A stretch of DNA of 37,138 nt from a virus: positions 1-37,138 of the IMG/VR virus record IMGVR_UViG_3300038829_000053; one strand, written 5' to 3'. Shown piece after piece: positions 1 through 8,226 of this stretch; positions within the stretch are counted from its first letter, which is position 1, and each line of letters begins with the position of its first letter. The translations under genes were made by a program, and so were the position numbers. The notes under the pieces are model-generated. The model was not told the origin of the DNA. It did no database searches and was given only the letters and a program-made list of their open reading frames with translations.

Positions 1-127
1 CCTCTGCATGGGAGATGTATCACCTCCTTTCGGTGTCGGAACATTCCGACGTCATGTCGGTGTATGCAAGGTACTTGTTCCGACGATGTTCCTCGTTGCA
101 CTTCTTCGAGCAAACAAAGCCGTCAAT
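1..127. repeat. Terminal direct repeat, left copy (identical to 37012..37138)
   Basis: Positions 1-127 (cctctgcatggg...gccgtcaat) are repeated exactly at 37012-37138. This implies a circular or terminally redundant genome with a 37,011-bp unit. Confidence 0.95.
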
Positions 128-223
128 GAACTTGCCCCAGCCGAGCGTCTTGGTGCCACACTCGACGCATGGCTGCAAGACGAATGATTCCTTCACTGCA
201 ACTTCCTTGGGTCTCATAGTCAC
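20..223 (-). CDS. Small zinc-ribbon-like protein (67 aa)
   Basis: ATG start with an ATGA overlap onto the upstream gene (220-223). Contains CVEC...CSKKC cysteine pairs. It is the last gene before the wrap-around intergenic spacer. Confidence 0.6.
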   Translation of the reverse strand: MTMRPKEVAVKESFVLQPCVECGTKTLGWGKFIDGFVCSKKCNEEHRRNKYLAYTDMTSECSDTERR

Positions 224-498
224 ACTCCATTTCGCGCCCAGATGAGCACAGGTTTTTCATCGACGATTTTGTACTGGTACAACTCGCCCCGTGCGTCCAC
301 CATGACGACGTAGATGTCGCCCTTGTGGGTCACGATGAAGCAGTTGTACTTCTCTTTGAAGACAGTACAGATGCCCTGCCTGATGACGTCAGAGCCTTCG
401 AGGTTGACGTATTCGGCGCGGACACCAAGTGCCCAGAAACCGAGAACGATCAACAGAAAACAGACAACCACCTTACGGACTTGATAACGCGTTTCCAT
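220..498 (-). CDS. Membrane-anchored hypothetical protein (92 aa)
   Basis: N-terminal hydrophobic helix VVVCFLLIVLGFWALGV. TAATG overlap with the upstream gene at 498. Confidence 0.6.
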   Translation of the reverse strand: METRYQVRKVVVCFLLIVLGFWALGVRAEYVNLEGSDVIRQGICTVFKEKYNCFIVTHKGDIYVVMVDARGELYQYKIVDEKPVLIWARNGV

Positions 499-791
499 TA
501 CGAACTCCTTTCCTTAAGTATTGGGCAGGATTGATGGCGGAACGTGCCACCAATGTTGACGTACGAATCCTTGCGGATGTCGATTTCCATGCAACAGACT
601 TCGCAAAGATGAAACCGAGCGTCGTACGGGAGCTTTGGTCTTAGACTCGCTTCGATGTCATTCATCGCCTCCTTGATGAACAGATACCGTGTCGCGCCGT
701 ACAATGCACGGAGTATCTTGAGCACGACGTTCGTCTCATTCGGGGAGAACATCATTGTCGTCCCCAATGATTTTTCATAGAGGATTTTCAT
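498..791 (-). CDS. Hypothetical Cys-rich protein (97 aa)
   Basis: ATG preceded by AAAGGAG. Contains a CEVCC...HQSC motif. Confidence 0.6.
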   Translation of the reverse strand: MKILYEKSLGTTMMFSPNETNVVLKILRALYGATRYLFIKEAMNDIEASLRPKLPYDARFHLCEVCCMEIDIRKDSYVNIGGTFRHQSCPILKERSS

Positions 792-803
792 GGTGTACTC
801 CTT

Positions 804-998
804 TCAGAGTTGGTAGACGTGAGTCAGATATACGATGACATAATTCGGTACGATTCCTTTCTTTCTGAAGTTATCGTTGTCATCATTCAAGCTTGCATTC
901 GGCATATCCTTGTCGAATCTCCAGTAGTACGCGACTCGGAGAAACTCGATAGAGGAAAGCCGATGCTCTTTCAAATGGGTATGAATCAGAGTGAGCAT
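804..998 (-). CDS. Hypothetical protein (64 aa; start moved to ATG 998)
   Basis: The ORF-track start at 1025 lies inside a TATAAT box. ATG 998 is preceded by GAAAGGAAAATC (Shine-Dalgarno-like). Confidence 0.55.
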   Translation of the reverse strand: MLTLIHTHLKEHRLSSIEFLRVAYYWRFDKDMPNASLNDDNDNFRKKGIVPNYVIVYLTHVYQL

Positions 999-1024
999 GA
1001 TTTTCCTTTCAAAGAACTGCACCA

Positions 1025-1030
1025 ATTATA
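1025..1030 (-). promoter_or_regulatory. Putative -10 box TG-TATAAT
   Basis: The minus strand reads gcgTGTATAATtgg immediately downstream of the terminator at 1036-1064. A 26-nt leader with a Shine-Dalgarno sequence follows before ATG 998. Confidence 0.5.
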
Positions 1031-1035
1031 CACGC

Positions 1036-1064
1036 AAAAACGCCGCACTCATGGCGGCGTTTTT
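1036..1064 (-). terminator. Rho-independent terminator (bidirectional shape)
   Basis: aaaaaCGCCGC-actcatg-GCGGCGttttt: a 6-bp GC stem flanked by A5 and T5. It sits 20 nt after the stop of the 1084..1632 gene. Confidence 0.8.
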
Positions 1065-1083
1065 GCAATGAGGGGATATCCTC

Positions 1084-1632
1084 TTATTGGTATCTCCAGC
1101 TCCCGACGAATAGGTTAGCAGGATTCGACCTCGACGTTATAGATGCATTGAATGCTCCAAGTCCGCGATACGCGCCATACGGTAACATATCCTGTATGAT
1201 CCCGCGCGAATATTGCGCCAAGTCGCTTGTTGCCCATGACGTATCGAACCGAATGCCGTTGCCCGGCGTGTAAACTGCCTTTACTGTAACGGTCGTGTTG
1301 TATCTCACGAATCCGAGCGGTAAAAGCCATTGCGAATCTCCGGTGCGCGAGACACCGAATATCTGATTCTCATGCACGTAGAACCCGTACCCCGACTTGC
1401 CACCCACAACGTCGCCGGCTGTGACCCACGCGCTCTCGTCCTGCGTGTTGTCGACTGATATGGTTCCCTCGACGCTTGATACGCGAGAGAAATCAACCTC
1501 ACCGGAACTGCCTTCATGAATGCCGGATGTTGCGGTCACCGTGACCGGCGCTCCGAGCTCATACGCAAATGCAGAATTCCCGAACGAAATAAATGCCATT
1601 GCAAATGCCAAAACAAATATTGCCTTTTTCAT
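1084..1632 (-). CDS. Secreted protein of unknown function (182 aa, Sec signal peptide)
   Basis: N-terminus MKKAIFVLAFAMAFISFGNSAFA/YE, Shine-Dalgarno GAAGGA, own upstream -10 boxes and own terminator. Confidence 0.8.
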   Translation of the reverse strand: MKKAIFVLAFAMAFISFGNSAFAYELGAPVTVTATSGIHEGSSGEVDFSRVSSVEGTISVDNTQDESAWVTAGDVVGGKSGYGFYVHENQIFGVSRTGDSQWLLPLGFVRYNTTVTVKAVYTPGNGIRFDTSWATSDLAQYSRGIIQDMLPYGAYRGLGAFNASITSRSNPANLFVGSWRYQ

Positions 1633-1683
1633 GTCCTTCGATCAATTAGTACGGCGTGATAAAAGTGTTTGCCATACTCGATA

Positions 1684-1692
1684 ACTCTACCA
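1684..1692 (-). promoter_or_regulatory. Putative extended -10 box TGG-TAGAGT
   Basis: The minus strand reads ctaTGGTAGAGTtat in the spacer between the lysin stop (1732) and ATG 1632. It resembles the TGGTAGAAT and TGGTAGTAT boxes elsewhere in the genome. Confidence 0.4.
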
Positions 1693-1731
1693 TAGAAATA
1701 TCATATTGCATAGCCACCTGTGGGTAACGAA

Positions 1732-2799
1732 TTACCGCCAAAAAATGCTATTCAACTGCCCACGCGTCTGCGTCCCGACGTCATTCGCGCTCGGCCATTT
1801 GATACCATGTGCCCGTTGAAACTTCTCCACGGCCGTTGCTGTCTTGCCGCCATAGATGCCGAGCTCGCCTGCCGGTATAGGTGCGAGGTAACCGAGAATC
1901 ATCAAAGCGATCTGCACGAACTTCACCTCCTCGCTCTCGTCCCCCCGATGCACGTCCTTCTCGAAATGGTATTGAAACGCTGATGGCGCCGGAAGCGTCT
2001 TGAGAAAATCCGCGACGTCCTTCGGGATCTGTGCGATAGCCCACGCCTCAATCATCCACGGTCGCCACAATCCCGCATTGAACCTGCCCTCCCCTCCGGT
2101 ATTCCACGCCTTACTCCACGAGTTGAGTATAAAATCGAGCACATCGTCCTGCCATCCCTTGTGAACGATCTCATGTCCCGACACCACCACCGCCGGCGTT
2201 CGCAACGGGTCGATATCTTTTGCCCTCCATGATGGCGTCCACCACTCGTTGCCTATCTGCATCAAAAGAGAAACACCTCCATACAGGAACGTCGCGAGTC
2301 GCAGTGATCCTTTATCCGTCCCGATACGCACATACCCGGGCGTCTTGTACTTCTTTGCCTCGTCGAAAGCCGCTTGCGTAAGAATTGCATCGTCACGATA
2401 TTTTGATATTGGAAGCGTCGTGTCGTTCGAAACGGTCTTTGTTGTCGCGCATCCATACTGCCCGGATAACTTGCACACGAGTCGCGGAAACGTCCCTGCT
2501 GTGCTTCGGTACGGCTCCGCCGCGAGTCCGTCAAACCGCTTCGCGAGCGTATCGAGAAACCTCGGCGAAAAATCAACCACCTCGCCCGTCTTCAGAAACC
2601 ACCACAGCTTCATCACCACCACCCATGCTTGTGACACGCATGACGGCGTCTGCTTCTGATCCAGTACCTCCCCGGGAAGTGCCGTGCTGAACGATGCCGG
2701 CAACTTTACGTCTGGCGTGATGCCCGCCATTGCGCCCACGACATAATCGTCCCGATAATCTCTTGGCGACGGTATTGCTCCGAGAGCTGGTGTGTTCAT
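1732..2799 (-). CDS. Putative endolysin: papain-like C1 cysteine peptidase domain plus C-terminal PG_binding_1 domain (355 aa)
   Basis: DYRD...DQKQTPSC (Gln six residues before the Cys), GHEI...NSWSKAWNTGGEG (His/Asn region). C-terminal GDESEEVKFVQIALMILGYL...YGGKTATAVEKFQRAHGI...TRGQL matches the PG_binding_1 pattern. ATGA overlap with the SLT gene. Confidence 0.8.
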   Translation of the reverse strand: MNTPALGAIPSPRDYRDDYVVGAMAGITPDVKLPASFSTALPGEVLDQKQTPSCVSQAWVVVMKLWWFLKTGEVVDFSPRFLDTLAKRFDGLAAEPYRSTAGTFPRLVCKLSGQYGCATTKTVSNDTTLPISKYRDDAILTQAAFDEAKKYKTPGYVRIGTDKGSLRLATFLYGGVSLLMQIGNEWWTPSWRAKDIDPLRTPAVVVSGHEIVHKGWQDDVLDFILNSWSKAWNTGGEGRFNAGLWRPWMIEAWAIAQIPKDVADFLKTLPAPSAFQYHFEKDVHRGDESEEVKFVQIALMILGYLAPIPAGELGIYGGKTATAVEKFQRAHGIKWPSANDVGTQTRGQLNSIFWR

Positions 2800-3155
2800 G
2801 GTCGTTCCATCTCGGCCTTTACTTTTCTCCAGTACTCAAGTGTGTTCGGATTTCTCCACCCATCAGGCCCACCATTGTGTATGCGTGCGCGGTCTTCGTC
2901 AGTAGGCATTCGCCCGAGCCGATCAGACGTTGCGTAAATGCTCATGTAAAGCCAGAAAATTGCCAATGATACAGACATACGCCCGAGCAAATCCCGAGCA
3001 TCGAAAGACGTTCCGTATCGCCTATTCACATCGAGACAAGCCGGCTGTCGAATCTGCATAGGTCCATATGCCATGTAGTCGAGATGACGGTCACCGATCG
3101 CGTTCAAATCACCGCCTGACTCCACGATCATTATTGCGAAGTCGATTGATTTCAT
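2796..3155 (-). CDS. SLT-type lytic transglycosylase (119 aa)
   Basis: IVESGGDLNAIGD...AYGPMQIRQ motif (catalytic Glu-Ser and GxMQ). ATGA overlaps on both sides. Confidence 0.75.
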   Translation of the reverse strand: MKSIDFAIMIVESGGDLNAIGDRHLDYMAYGPMQIRQPACLDVNRRYGTSFDARDLLGRMSVSLAIFWLYMSIYATSDRLGRMPTDEDRARIHNGGPDGWRNPNTLEYWRKVKAEMERP

Positions 3156-3397
3156 ACGAATTTCTCACTGACGGTAACCTTGCCGTCGAGTGGCGCCGGT
3201 GCATCGAACTTCTCGAGGATGCTTTTGATGACCGTACTCGGGATACCAACGCCGGGAGTAATTTCTCCGTTAGCGAGGAACATTCTACAATCCTTATCAC
3301 CCTCGAATTTGAAGCCATCCGCAGGTCTGTCCGCCACCACTATGGCGAAATAGAGCTTGCGTGCTCGCTTCCTTCGAAATAAATCAGACAACGCCAT
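3152..3397 (-). CDS. Hypothetical protein (81 aa)
   Basis: Minus-strand ORF in the operon, with a 14-nt overlap onto the upstream gene. Confidence 0.55.
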   Translation of the reverse strand: MALSDLFRRKRARKLYFAIVVADRPADGFKFEGDKDCRMFLANGEITPGVGIPSTVIKSILEKFDAPAPLDGKVTVSEKFV

Positions 3398-3713
3398 GGC
3401 GGGTATAGTTACCGACTAATTTCTCAACACCGTATTCTCTGAATAACTCCTCGACCTCGGTAAGCAGTTTGATGCAGTGGTCTTGTCTCTGCTCCTGCGA
3501 CCACTGTTTCCCCTGCTCAAATCCTATCTCCATTTTGAAACAGCTCGCGGGTCCTTCGTGGTCGACGACTGACACGCGCGGTGGCTGTGGAACTAATGTA
3601 CTCGGTACTGGTGCGGTCGGCGCCATAGACTCTTGCATTTTCTTTACAGTCGCGGCGAGTTCCGTGACCGCCTTGCCGATCGTGATCATGGTATTTCGTT
3701 CGTCCTCGTTCAT
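3384..3713 (-). CDS. Hypothetical protein (109 aa)
   Basis: ATGA overlap with the HNH gene stop (3710-3713). Confidence 0.6.
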   Translation of the reverse strand: MNEDERNTMITIGKAVTELAATVKKMQESMAPTAPVPSTLVPQPPRVSVVDHEGPASCFKMEIGFEQGKQWSQEQRQDHCIKLLTEVEELFREYGVEKLVGNYTRHGVV

Positions 3714-4411
3714 AAAGATATTGTAGCACTCCGAAAGTCAAGTGTTTTCACACTCTTGCGACTATTGCATGGCTTACAAAGCGGTTGGATATTTTCTATA
3801 CCATCCGACCCTCCCATCGAAAGCGGAGTGATGTGGTCTTCCGTAAGCTTCACAAACGGCTCCTGTTGCTTGCAACAGAGACACATGTAGTTGAAGTGCT
3901 TTTTGAGTGCCTCCCACTCCTCGAGAGAATGCGAACCCTCTGCACCAGCTTTTCGTGCCACTCGTTCAAGTACTTTTTTTCGCAGATATTCTTTTCTATT
4001 TTCACCGACCGAAATACCTCCTTTCCAGTGTGGATGACTTTCACCACGCGGTACATGGGTGAGTGACCCATTTTCTTTCCTCCAAATATAAGCACTCAGT
4101 CGAACGCGCTGACCGTTCGGTAACACACCTTTCATCGATTCTTTCTCTCCATAGAAGTGAACCTCGTCGACAATTGTGTGGTTCTTTTTTTCTACCGTCC
4201 GTCTCGCGTACCCTCGTATTCTGAAAGCGTTGTGTACTGCCTGCCGAGTCATTCCGTATGATTCGAGAATGAACCTATCGGGCATGCTGGTGAATCGAAT
4301 CTGGTCAATGCCAACCTGCTCGAGCATGGTCATTATTTTTGCCTGCGATTTACCCCAGTACACATCGGTACTTTTGTATGCACCAGAAATCCAAGTGGGG
4401 GTTTTATTCAT
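3710..4411 (-). CDS. HNH endonuclease (233 aa)
   Basis: C-terminal CLCC...EDHITPLSMGGSDGIENIQPLCKPCNSRK (HNH with Cys4). Visibly more AT-rich than its neighbours. Confidence 0.85.
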   Translation of the reverse strand: MNKTPTWISGAYKSTDVYWGKSQAKIMTMLEQVGIDQIRFTSMPDRFILESYGMTRQAVHNAFRIRGYARRTVEKKNHTIVDEVHFYGEKESMKGVLPNGQRVRLSAYIWRKENGSLTHVPRGESHPHWKGGISVGENRKEYLRKKVLERVARKAGAEGSHSLEEWEALKKHFNYMCLCCKQQEPFVKLTEDHITPLSMGGSDGIENIQPLCKPCNSRKSVKTLDFRSATISL

Positions 4412-4757
4412 ATCGAGGATATTCTATCACATCTCCGTTCGGCAATTTTGCCTTTACCATGCCGAGAACCTTGCGATGCCCACACTTATCGAACCGATCG
4501 TGCCAGTGGCCGTGTTGACACTGCCACTCGCCGTTCTTCCGACGACCAGCCTCCTCCATAGCCTGCGCTGTGAAGATGCCCTCCACCCGGGACGGATTGA
4601 TTTTCTGGTCGCCGACCTTTATGAACTGCGGCCACTCCCCGCGCGGCACTTTGTCGAGCGCGTCGAGCGCCACAGCGCGATCCTTCTCAATCCAGATGAT
4701 GACACCGCCCATCATGCAGATGGCGACGAGTTCCTTGGTGATGGCGGTTTCGTTCAT
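4404..4757 (-). CDS. Hypothetical protein (117 aa; start uncertain among 4757, 4796 and TTG 4811)
   Basis: The ORF-track start is TTG. ATG 4757 (MNETAITKEL...) follows the stop of the small upstream ORF by 10 nt. Confidence 0.5.
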   Translation of the reverse strand: MNETAITKELVAICMMGGVIIWIEKDRAVALDALDKVPRGEWPQFIKVGDQKINPSRVEGIFTAQAMEEAGRRKNGEWQCQHGHWHDRFDKCGHRKVLGMVKAKLPNGDVIEYPRYE

Positions 4758-4767
4758 ATCTATACCA

Positions 4768-4917
4768 TTAGCGAGTAGATACCGCACCCAGTTCATAGAA
4801 GTGTTTCGCAATATCTAACGCACCCTCTTTTGTAAAAGAGACAGCATCAGCGTCTTTCCACGAATCACCGTCGCAGAAGTTGGCGAGCAATTCCTTCTTT
4901 ATATTTTCTTCGTTCAT
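4768..4917 (-). CDS. Small hypothetical protein (49 aa, below the ORF-track cutoff)
   Basis: Translated by hand as MNEENIKKELLANFCDGDSWKDADAVSFTKEGALDIAKHFYELGAVSTR. A strong Shine-Dalgarno (GAAGGAGGAAGG) lies 5 nt upstream of the ATG. Confidence 0.45.
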   Translation of the reverse strand: MNEENIKKELLANFCDGDSWKDADAVSFTKEGALDIAKHFYELGAVSTR

Positions 4918-4981
4918 ACATTCCTTCCTCCTTCGTGGAGTCGTGGGTATGCTTTCTCACATCGGCAGTAGGATATGTTGG

Positions 4982-5638
4982 TCATATCTCAACAACCGCC
5001 GATGTGCGGTTCTTCTTCATGAACGCCGATAATGCTCCAATTCTCTCCTCTAATTGCACTGCGGTCGTTATGGTCGGCGCGTACTTGCTCCCGTGAACCG
5101 CGACGGCCGCCTTGATGGCGTTCCTCGCCTTGTCGAACCCGATGCTCTGCACTACGCGCTGTAAGGCCGCACGCTGACTCTTGTTGGCGAACATACGTGC
5201 GTAGGACGGATTGACCGGCTTGAACTCCTCGATGAGGTCGTTGAGCGGATTGATATTCGGTGCGATCACACCGTCGAGAGATCTACCTTCTTTTTTCAAT
5301 ACAGTCACTGCTTTTTCAATTTCCGCACTTGTCACAAAAAGATTCTGTGTCTTCTCCTCCACCGGCTCTGAAGTGTACGCGAGATGATACTCCATCCGGC
5401 CACTCGGGAGCCGGCGACGCTCGAGCAACTTCGCGCGCTCCAGTTCCTTGAGTACGCGGAATACGATATCCTTGCTTTCCTTACATTCATCAGCGATCCG
5501 CGCGGCCGCGAAATCCCAATCGTCCGGCTTCGAGAAAAGATACGCGTACAGGCCCTTATCTTTCAACGATAAATCTGGTCGCGAGAGTACCTCGTTGGCG
5601 ACCATGGTGAACGGAACATTTGCCTTCGACAGCTTCAT
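4982..5638 (-). CDS. Winged-helix DNA-binding protein, possible replication initiator/organizer (218 aa)
   Basis: N-terminal pattern PFTMVANEVL...LSLKDKGLYAYL...DWDF...IADECKESKDIVFRVLKELERAKLLERRR is typical of phage Rep/DnaD-like wHTH domains. ATGA overlap with the upstream gene. Confidence 0.5.
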   Translation of the reverse strand: MKLSKANVPFTMVANEVLSRPDLSLKDKGLYAYLFSKPDDWDFAAARIADECKESKDIVFRVLKELERAKLLERRRLPSGRMEYHLAYTSEPVEEKTQNLFVTSAEIEKAVTVLKKEGRSLDGVIAPNINPLNDLIEEFKPVNPSYARMFANKSQRAALQRVVQSIGFDKARNAIKAAVAVHGSKYAPTITTAVQLEERIGALSAFMKKNRTSAVVEI

Positions 5639-6165
5639 GTTGATTTCATTATACCTTGTCTGTTAATGGAGTTATCCACTCCCGACCCGCGCGGCCTCCG
5701 ATTATTTGACTGCTCCTTCGGAGTCGCCCATCGGCAGTTTTTCTTTGAATATCCCTTATCGTTGTCAATGCGATCGAGTGTCATCCCAGCAGGTCGATCG
5801 CCCATATCCCTATAGAATCTCTCGAACTTCGACCACTCCTTGCACACCTTGATTCCCCTGTCGCCGTAATACTTATATTCTCGGTACTGCGGTTTATTGC
5901 ATCGATAAAACATTGCACACCACGTCTGATAAATCGGAGTACCCGACATCCCATGGGTTGTCTTCGTTTTTATTCGACTCTCGATAAGAAGACATCCGCA
6001 CGATCTCTTGTGGCCATTCCTCAAATTGACACCTTGAGTCTTCGTGACTTTCCCGCAATCGCATAGGCATGCATACATGAATTGCCCAGCATTCCCTTTC
6101 TCTGAAAGTGCCTTGGTGACGGTCAATCGACCGAATCGTTTACCCTCTAATAGTATTCTCTGCAT
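5635..6165 (-). CDS. HNH-like/homing-endonuclease-related DNA-binding protein (176 aa)
   Basis: GKRFGRLTV...CLCDCG...SCGC N-terminal Cys cluster and LDRIDNDKGYSKKNCRWATPKEQSNN C-terminal motif. This is a common free-standing phage gene family. Confidence 0.6.
   Translation of the reverse strand: MQRILLEGKRFGRLTVTKALSEKGNAGQFMYACLCDCGKVTKTQGVNLRNGHKRSCGCLLIESRIKTKTTHGMSGTPIYQTWCAMFYRCNKPQYREYKYYGDRGIKVCKEWSKFERFYRDMGDRPAGMTLDRIDNDKGYSKKNCRWATPKEQSNNRRPRGSGVDNSINRQGIMKST
5648..5653 (-). promoter_or_regulatory. Putative -10 box G-TATAAT, 9 nt upstream of ATG 5638
   Basis: The minus strand reads aagGTATAATgaaatcaacATG. The box is embedded in the 3' end of the upstream gene. Confidence 0.4.
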
Positions 6166-6171
6166 ACATAT

Positions 6172-6180
6172 ATACTACCA
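6172..6180 (-). promoter_or_regulatory. Putative extended -10 box TGG-TAGTAT, 6 nt upstream of ATG 6165
   Basis: The minus strand reads gtgaTGTGGTAGTATatatgtATG. Confidence 0.5.
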
Positions 6181-6185
6181 CATCA

Positions 6186-6656
6186 CTAACTCGGTAAATA
6201 ACCCAATTCGGCAGCTGTGGGGACAACAATTTCCAATTCCTCACAGTAGGACAAGTCCCGCTCGATGAGCTCCACGCATTCCGACTTCATCAGGTCGCCA
6301 TTCTCTGAAATCGACTTGCGTACCATAATAGTCTGCCCTCCAATTGTCACTGGTTTTTCTCCGAATACTATCCTCATCAGAGCATCGTGCATTTCTTCTT
6401 TTGTATACCCACAATGCTCCGCCAAATATCCGACCAAAGTCCAGTGATACCGCAACTGCGAATCACTCCGCATGTATCGCATCTCCGAGAACGTTGCCGA
6501 CACTTTCTTGCCGACCGGGAACCGCGAAATGCACGCATTGAGGTGATGAATGGATTTCGGCACGAACCGTTTGCGACCATCGACCTGCTTCACCTCTCCG
6601 ATGACGGAGAAGAGTACGCGCTTCTTGGGGATGCTTTTTTTCTTATTGTATTGCAT
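6186..6656 (-). CDS. NinB/Orf-like recombination mediator (tentative; 156 aa)
   Basis: RSDSQLRYHWTLVGYLAEHCGYTKEEMHDALM... resembles the RSxxQNxxxW...G...E pattern of lambda NinB. It sits in a recombination gene neighbourhood. Confidence 0.4.
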   Translation of the reverse strand: MQYNKKKSIPKKRVLFSVIGEVKQVDGRKRFVPKSIHHLNACISRFPVGKKVSATFSEMRYMRSDSQLRYHWTLVGYLAEHCGYTKEEMHDALMRIVFGEKPVTIGGQTIMVRKSISENGDLMKSECVELIERDLSYCEELEIVVPTAAELGYLPS

Positions 6657-7017
6657 GGCGTAATGGTACTCCCGGCGCTCCGTACTTCTCGTTCAGATAC
6701 TTTTTCATTCGCTCGTAGTTGACGACCTTCGACAATGCTGCCAGCTCCTCCTCGGTCGCGCGGTTCACCGCGATCCATACGTTGATTTCTTTCACGAGTC
6801 CGGGTCCCGAGTGCGCCCACCAGCAGAGTGGTACGATTGCGAACTTCTTCTGCACCTGTCTGCCTGCGAATATGAGTGCGTGTTCCCATTCGATGAGTTT
6901 GCCTGTGCGCGGGTCCGCGCCACACGAATGGTCTGCGAGTGTAGTGCGCCGTAGACATGTCTTATACTGCGGGTCATTCGCGCACTCTTCGCGGAGTTTG
7001 GGTGGCATGTTGTTCAT
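6643..7017 (-). CDS. Hypothetical Cys/His-rich protein (124 aa)
   Basis: ATGA overlap at 7014-7017. Contains an EWEHALIF...VPLCWWAH motif (possibly HNH-like; not assigned). Confidence 0.6.
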   Translation of the reverse strand: MNNMPPKLREECANDPQYKTCLRRTTLADHSCGADPRTGKLIEWEHALIFAGRQVQKKFAIVPLCWWAHSGPGLVKEINVWIAVNRATEEELAALSKVVNYERMKKYLNEKYGAPGVPLRHAIQ

Positions 7018-7220
7018 GGGAATATGTCAGATAACTTTTCGTATCTTCTAATCACTCCGCCCTTCATGTATTTCAATGCGCTTGGCCAGACATCGATGCC
7101 GTCAATTTTCCAGTGAAAGTCGGTATACATGATAACCTTGTGTCCGCTGTCCATGACTTCGTTGACGTCGATGCGCGCCTGCTCGAGTGCATTGCGTCTC
7201 CATGAGGCAGTCCTGCTCAT
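7014..7220 (-). CDS. Hypothetical protein (68 aa; trimmed from the 160-aa ORF)
   Basis: ATG 7220 forms an ATGA overlap with the stop of 7217..7678. The longer N-terminal extension is an Arg/Gly-rich overlap of the upstream gene. Confidence 0.5.
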   Translation of the reverse strand: MSRTASWRRNALEQARIDVNEVMDSGHKVIMYTDFHWKIDGIDVWPSALKYMKGGVIRRYEKLSDIFP

Positions 7221-7678
7221 AATCGCTCCGCATCCGGGTATTGCTCCATGAATGCCTCGATATTCGCCTCCGAAATCTCGAATGCTGTCCGTATACCGTC
7301 CTTTTTCGCGATAAAACGCACCTTGGTAGCGACTTTGACCGCCTCCTGCGCCTTTGCCTGTCCTACGAGCGCGTAACCGCACTTGAGCCCGTCCACGGCT
7401 TCCTGCACCATCGTCGCCCGCGCCTTGAGACTCCCGATGTACGCCTTGAGCTCGTCGCCATCCGACGGGTACCAGTATCCGCGCCCGGACGCGCATACCG
7501 GATACCCCTTAACCTGCAACGCGTGGATGATCGACCGCATATCCGCACCCTCCTTACCAGTTGCTCGCGCCTTGAGTCCGATCTGTATCGCCACCTCTTT
7601 GCCTGTCACCGGCTTATTGGCCGGATGCATCGAGATGATCTCGAGTGTGCGACGTTGCAGGTCGGTGAGGTCGGTCAT
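7217..7678 (-). CDS. Putative winged-helix DNA-binding protein (153 aa)
   Basis: LQRRTLEIISMHPANKPVTGKEVAIQIGL...MRSIIHALQVKGYPVCAS is a wHTH-like pattern. ATGA coupled on both sides. Confidence 0.55.
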   Translation of the reverse strand: MTDLTDLQRRTLEIISMHPANKPVTGKEVAIQIGLKARATGKEGADMRSIIHALQVKGYPVCASGRGYWYPSDGDELKAYIGSLKARATMVQEAVDGLKCGYALVGQAKAQEAVKVATKVRFIAKKDGIRTAFEISEANIEAFMEQYPDAERL

Positions 7679-8226
7679 ACATTCTTAGTTACCGAATACC
7701 CTGCTATGACACAAATACCGATTGCACGTTCGAGGATGCTGTCGCCGAGGATGGACGCCTCGTCGGGGATACAAGATTCAGGGTTCATTGGTTCAGTATC
7801 CAACCTGCGGGAGAACGAGACGCCGAGATCGCCGCTGCGAGGGCCGGGCCCATCGAAGCTGACGAGCGCACCCGCGACGTCGAAGTCGCCGACATGCACG
7901 AGGACGCCGTCAGACTCGCGACTACTTGTTCTTACGTAACAGTCACCGAAAGCATATTCACCTGTATCCTGATGATGTTTAATCACCGCCCACATGAGCA
8001 CAGCTACAGGTGGCACTTCGTCTCCCTTTGAAAGAAGTTTTTGTTGCTCGTCCCATGTCTTGTTGAATGAGTTTTCGACTGGTTCAAGTGAGACATCCCA
8101 TGTGCCTGTTATCTTCTCTTTGGCAAAGTTTTCGTTGTCGTACCATGCGTTTGTTTTGAAATAGAAGTAATTAGGAAACTCGGAACGAATATCGAGGAAT
8201 GATTTGTTTGTTAGGGTGATTTTCAT
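7675..8226 (-). CDS. Hypothetical protein (183 aa)
   Basis: ATGA coupled on both sides. No motif recognised. Confidence 0.65.
   Translation of the reverse strand: MKITLTNKSFLDIRSEFPNYFYFKTNAWYDNENFAKEKITGTWDVSLEPVENSFNKTWDEQQKLLSKGDEVPPVAVLMWAVIKHHQDTGEYAFGDCYVRTSSRESDGVLVHVGDFDVAGALVSFDGPGPRSGDLGVSFSRRLDTEPMNPESCIPDEASILGDSILERAIGICVIAGYSVTKNV

Noticed and set aside
1-127. The terminal repeat as a biological direct terminal repeat or cos-type end
   Set aside because: This cannot be distinguished from sequence alone. The exact length of 127 nt and its position cutting through an ORF favour an assembler overlap of a circular or permuted genome.
7014-7496. The full 160-aa version of ORF 7014..7496
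   Set aside because: Its first 92 codons overlap gene 7217..7678 out of frame and are Arg/Gly-rich. The internal ATG 7220 gives a clean ATGA junction, so the ORF was trimmed to 7014..7220.
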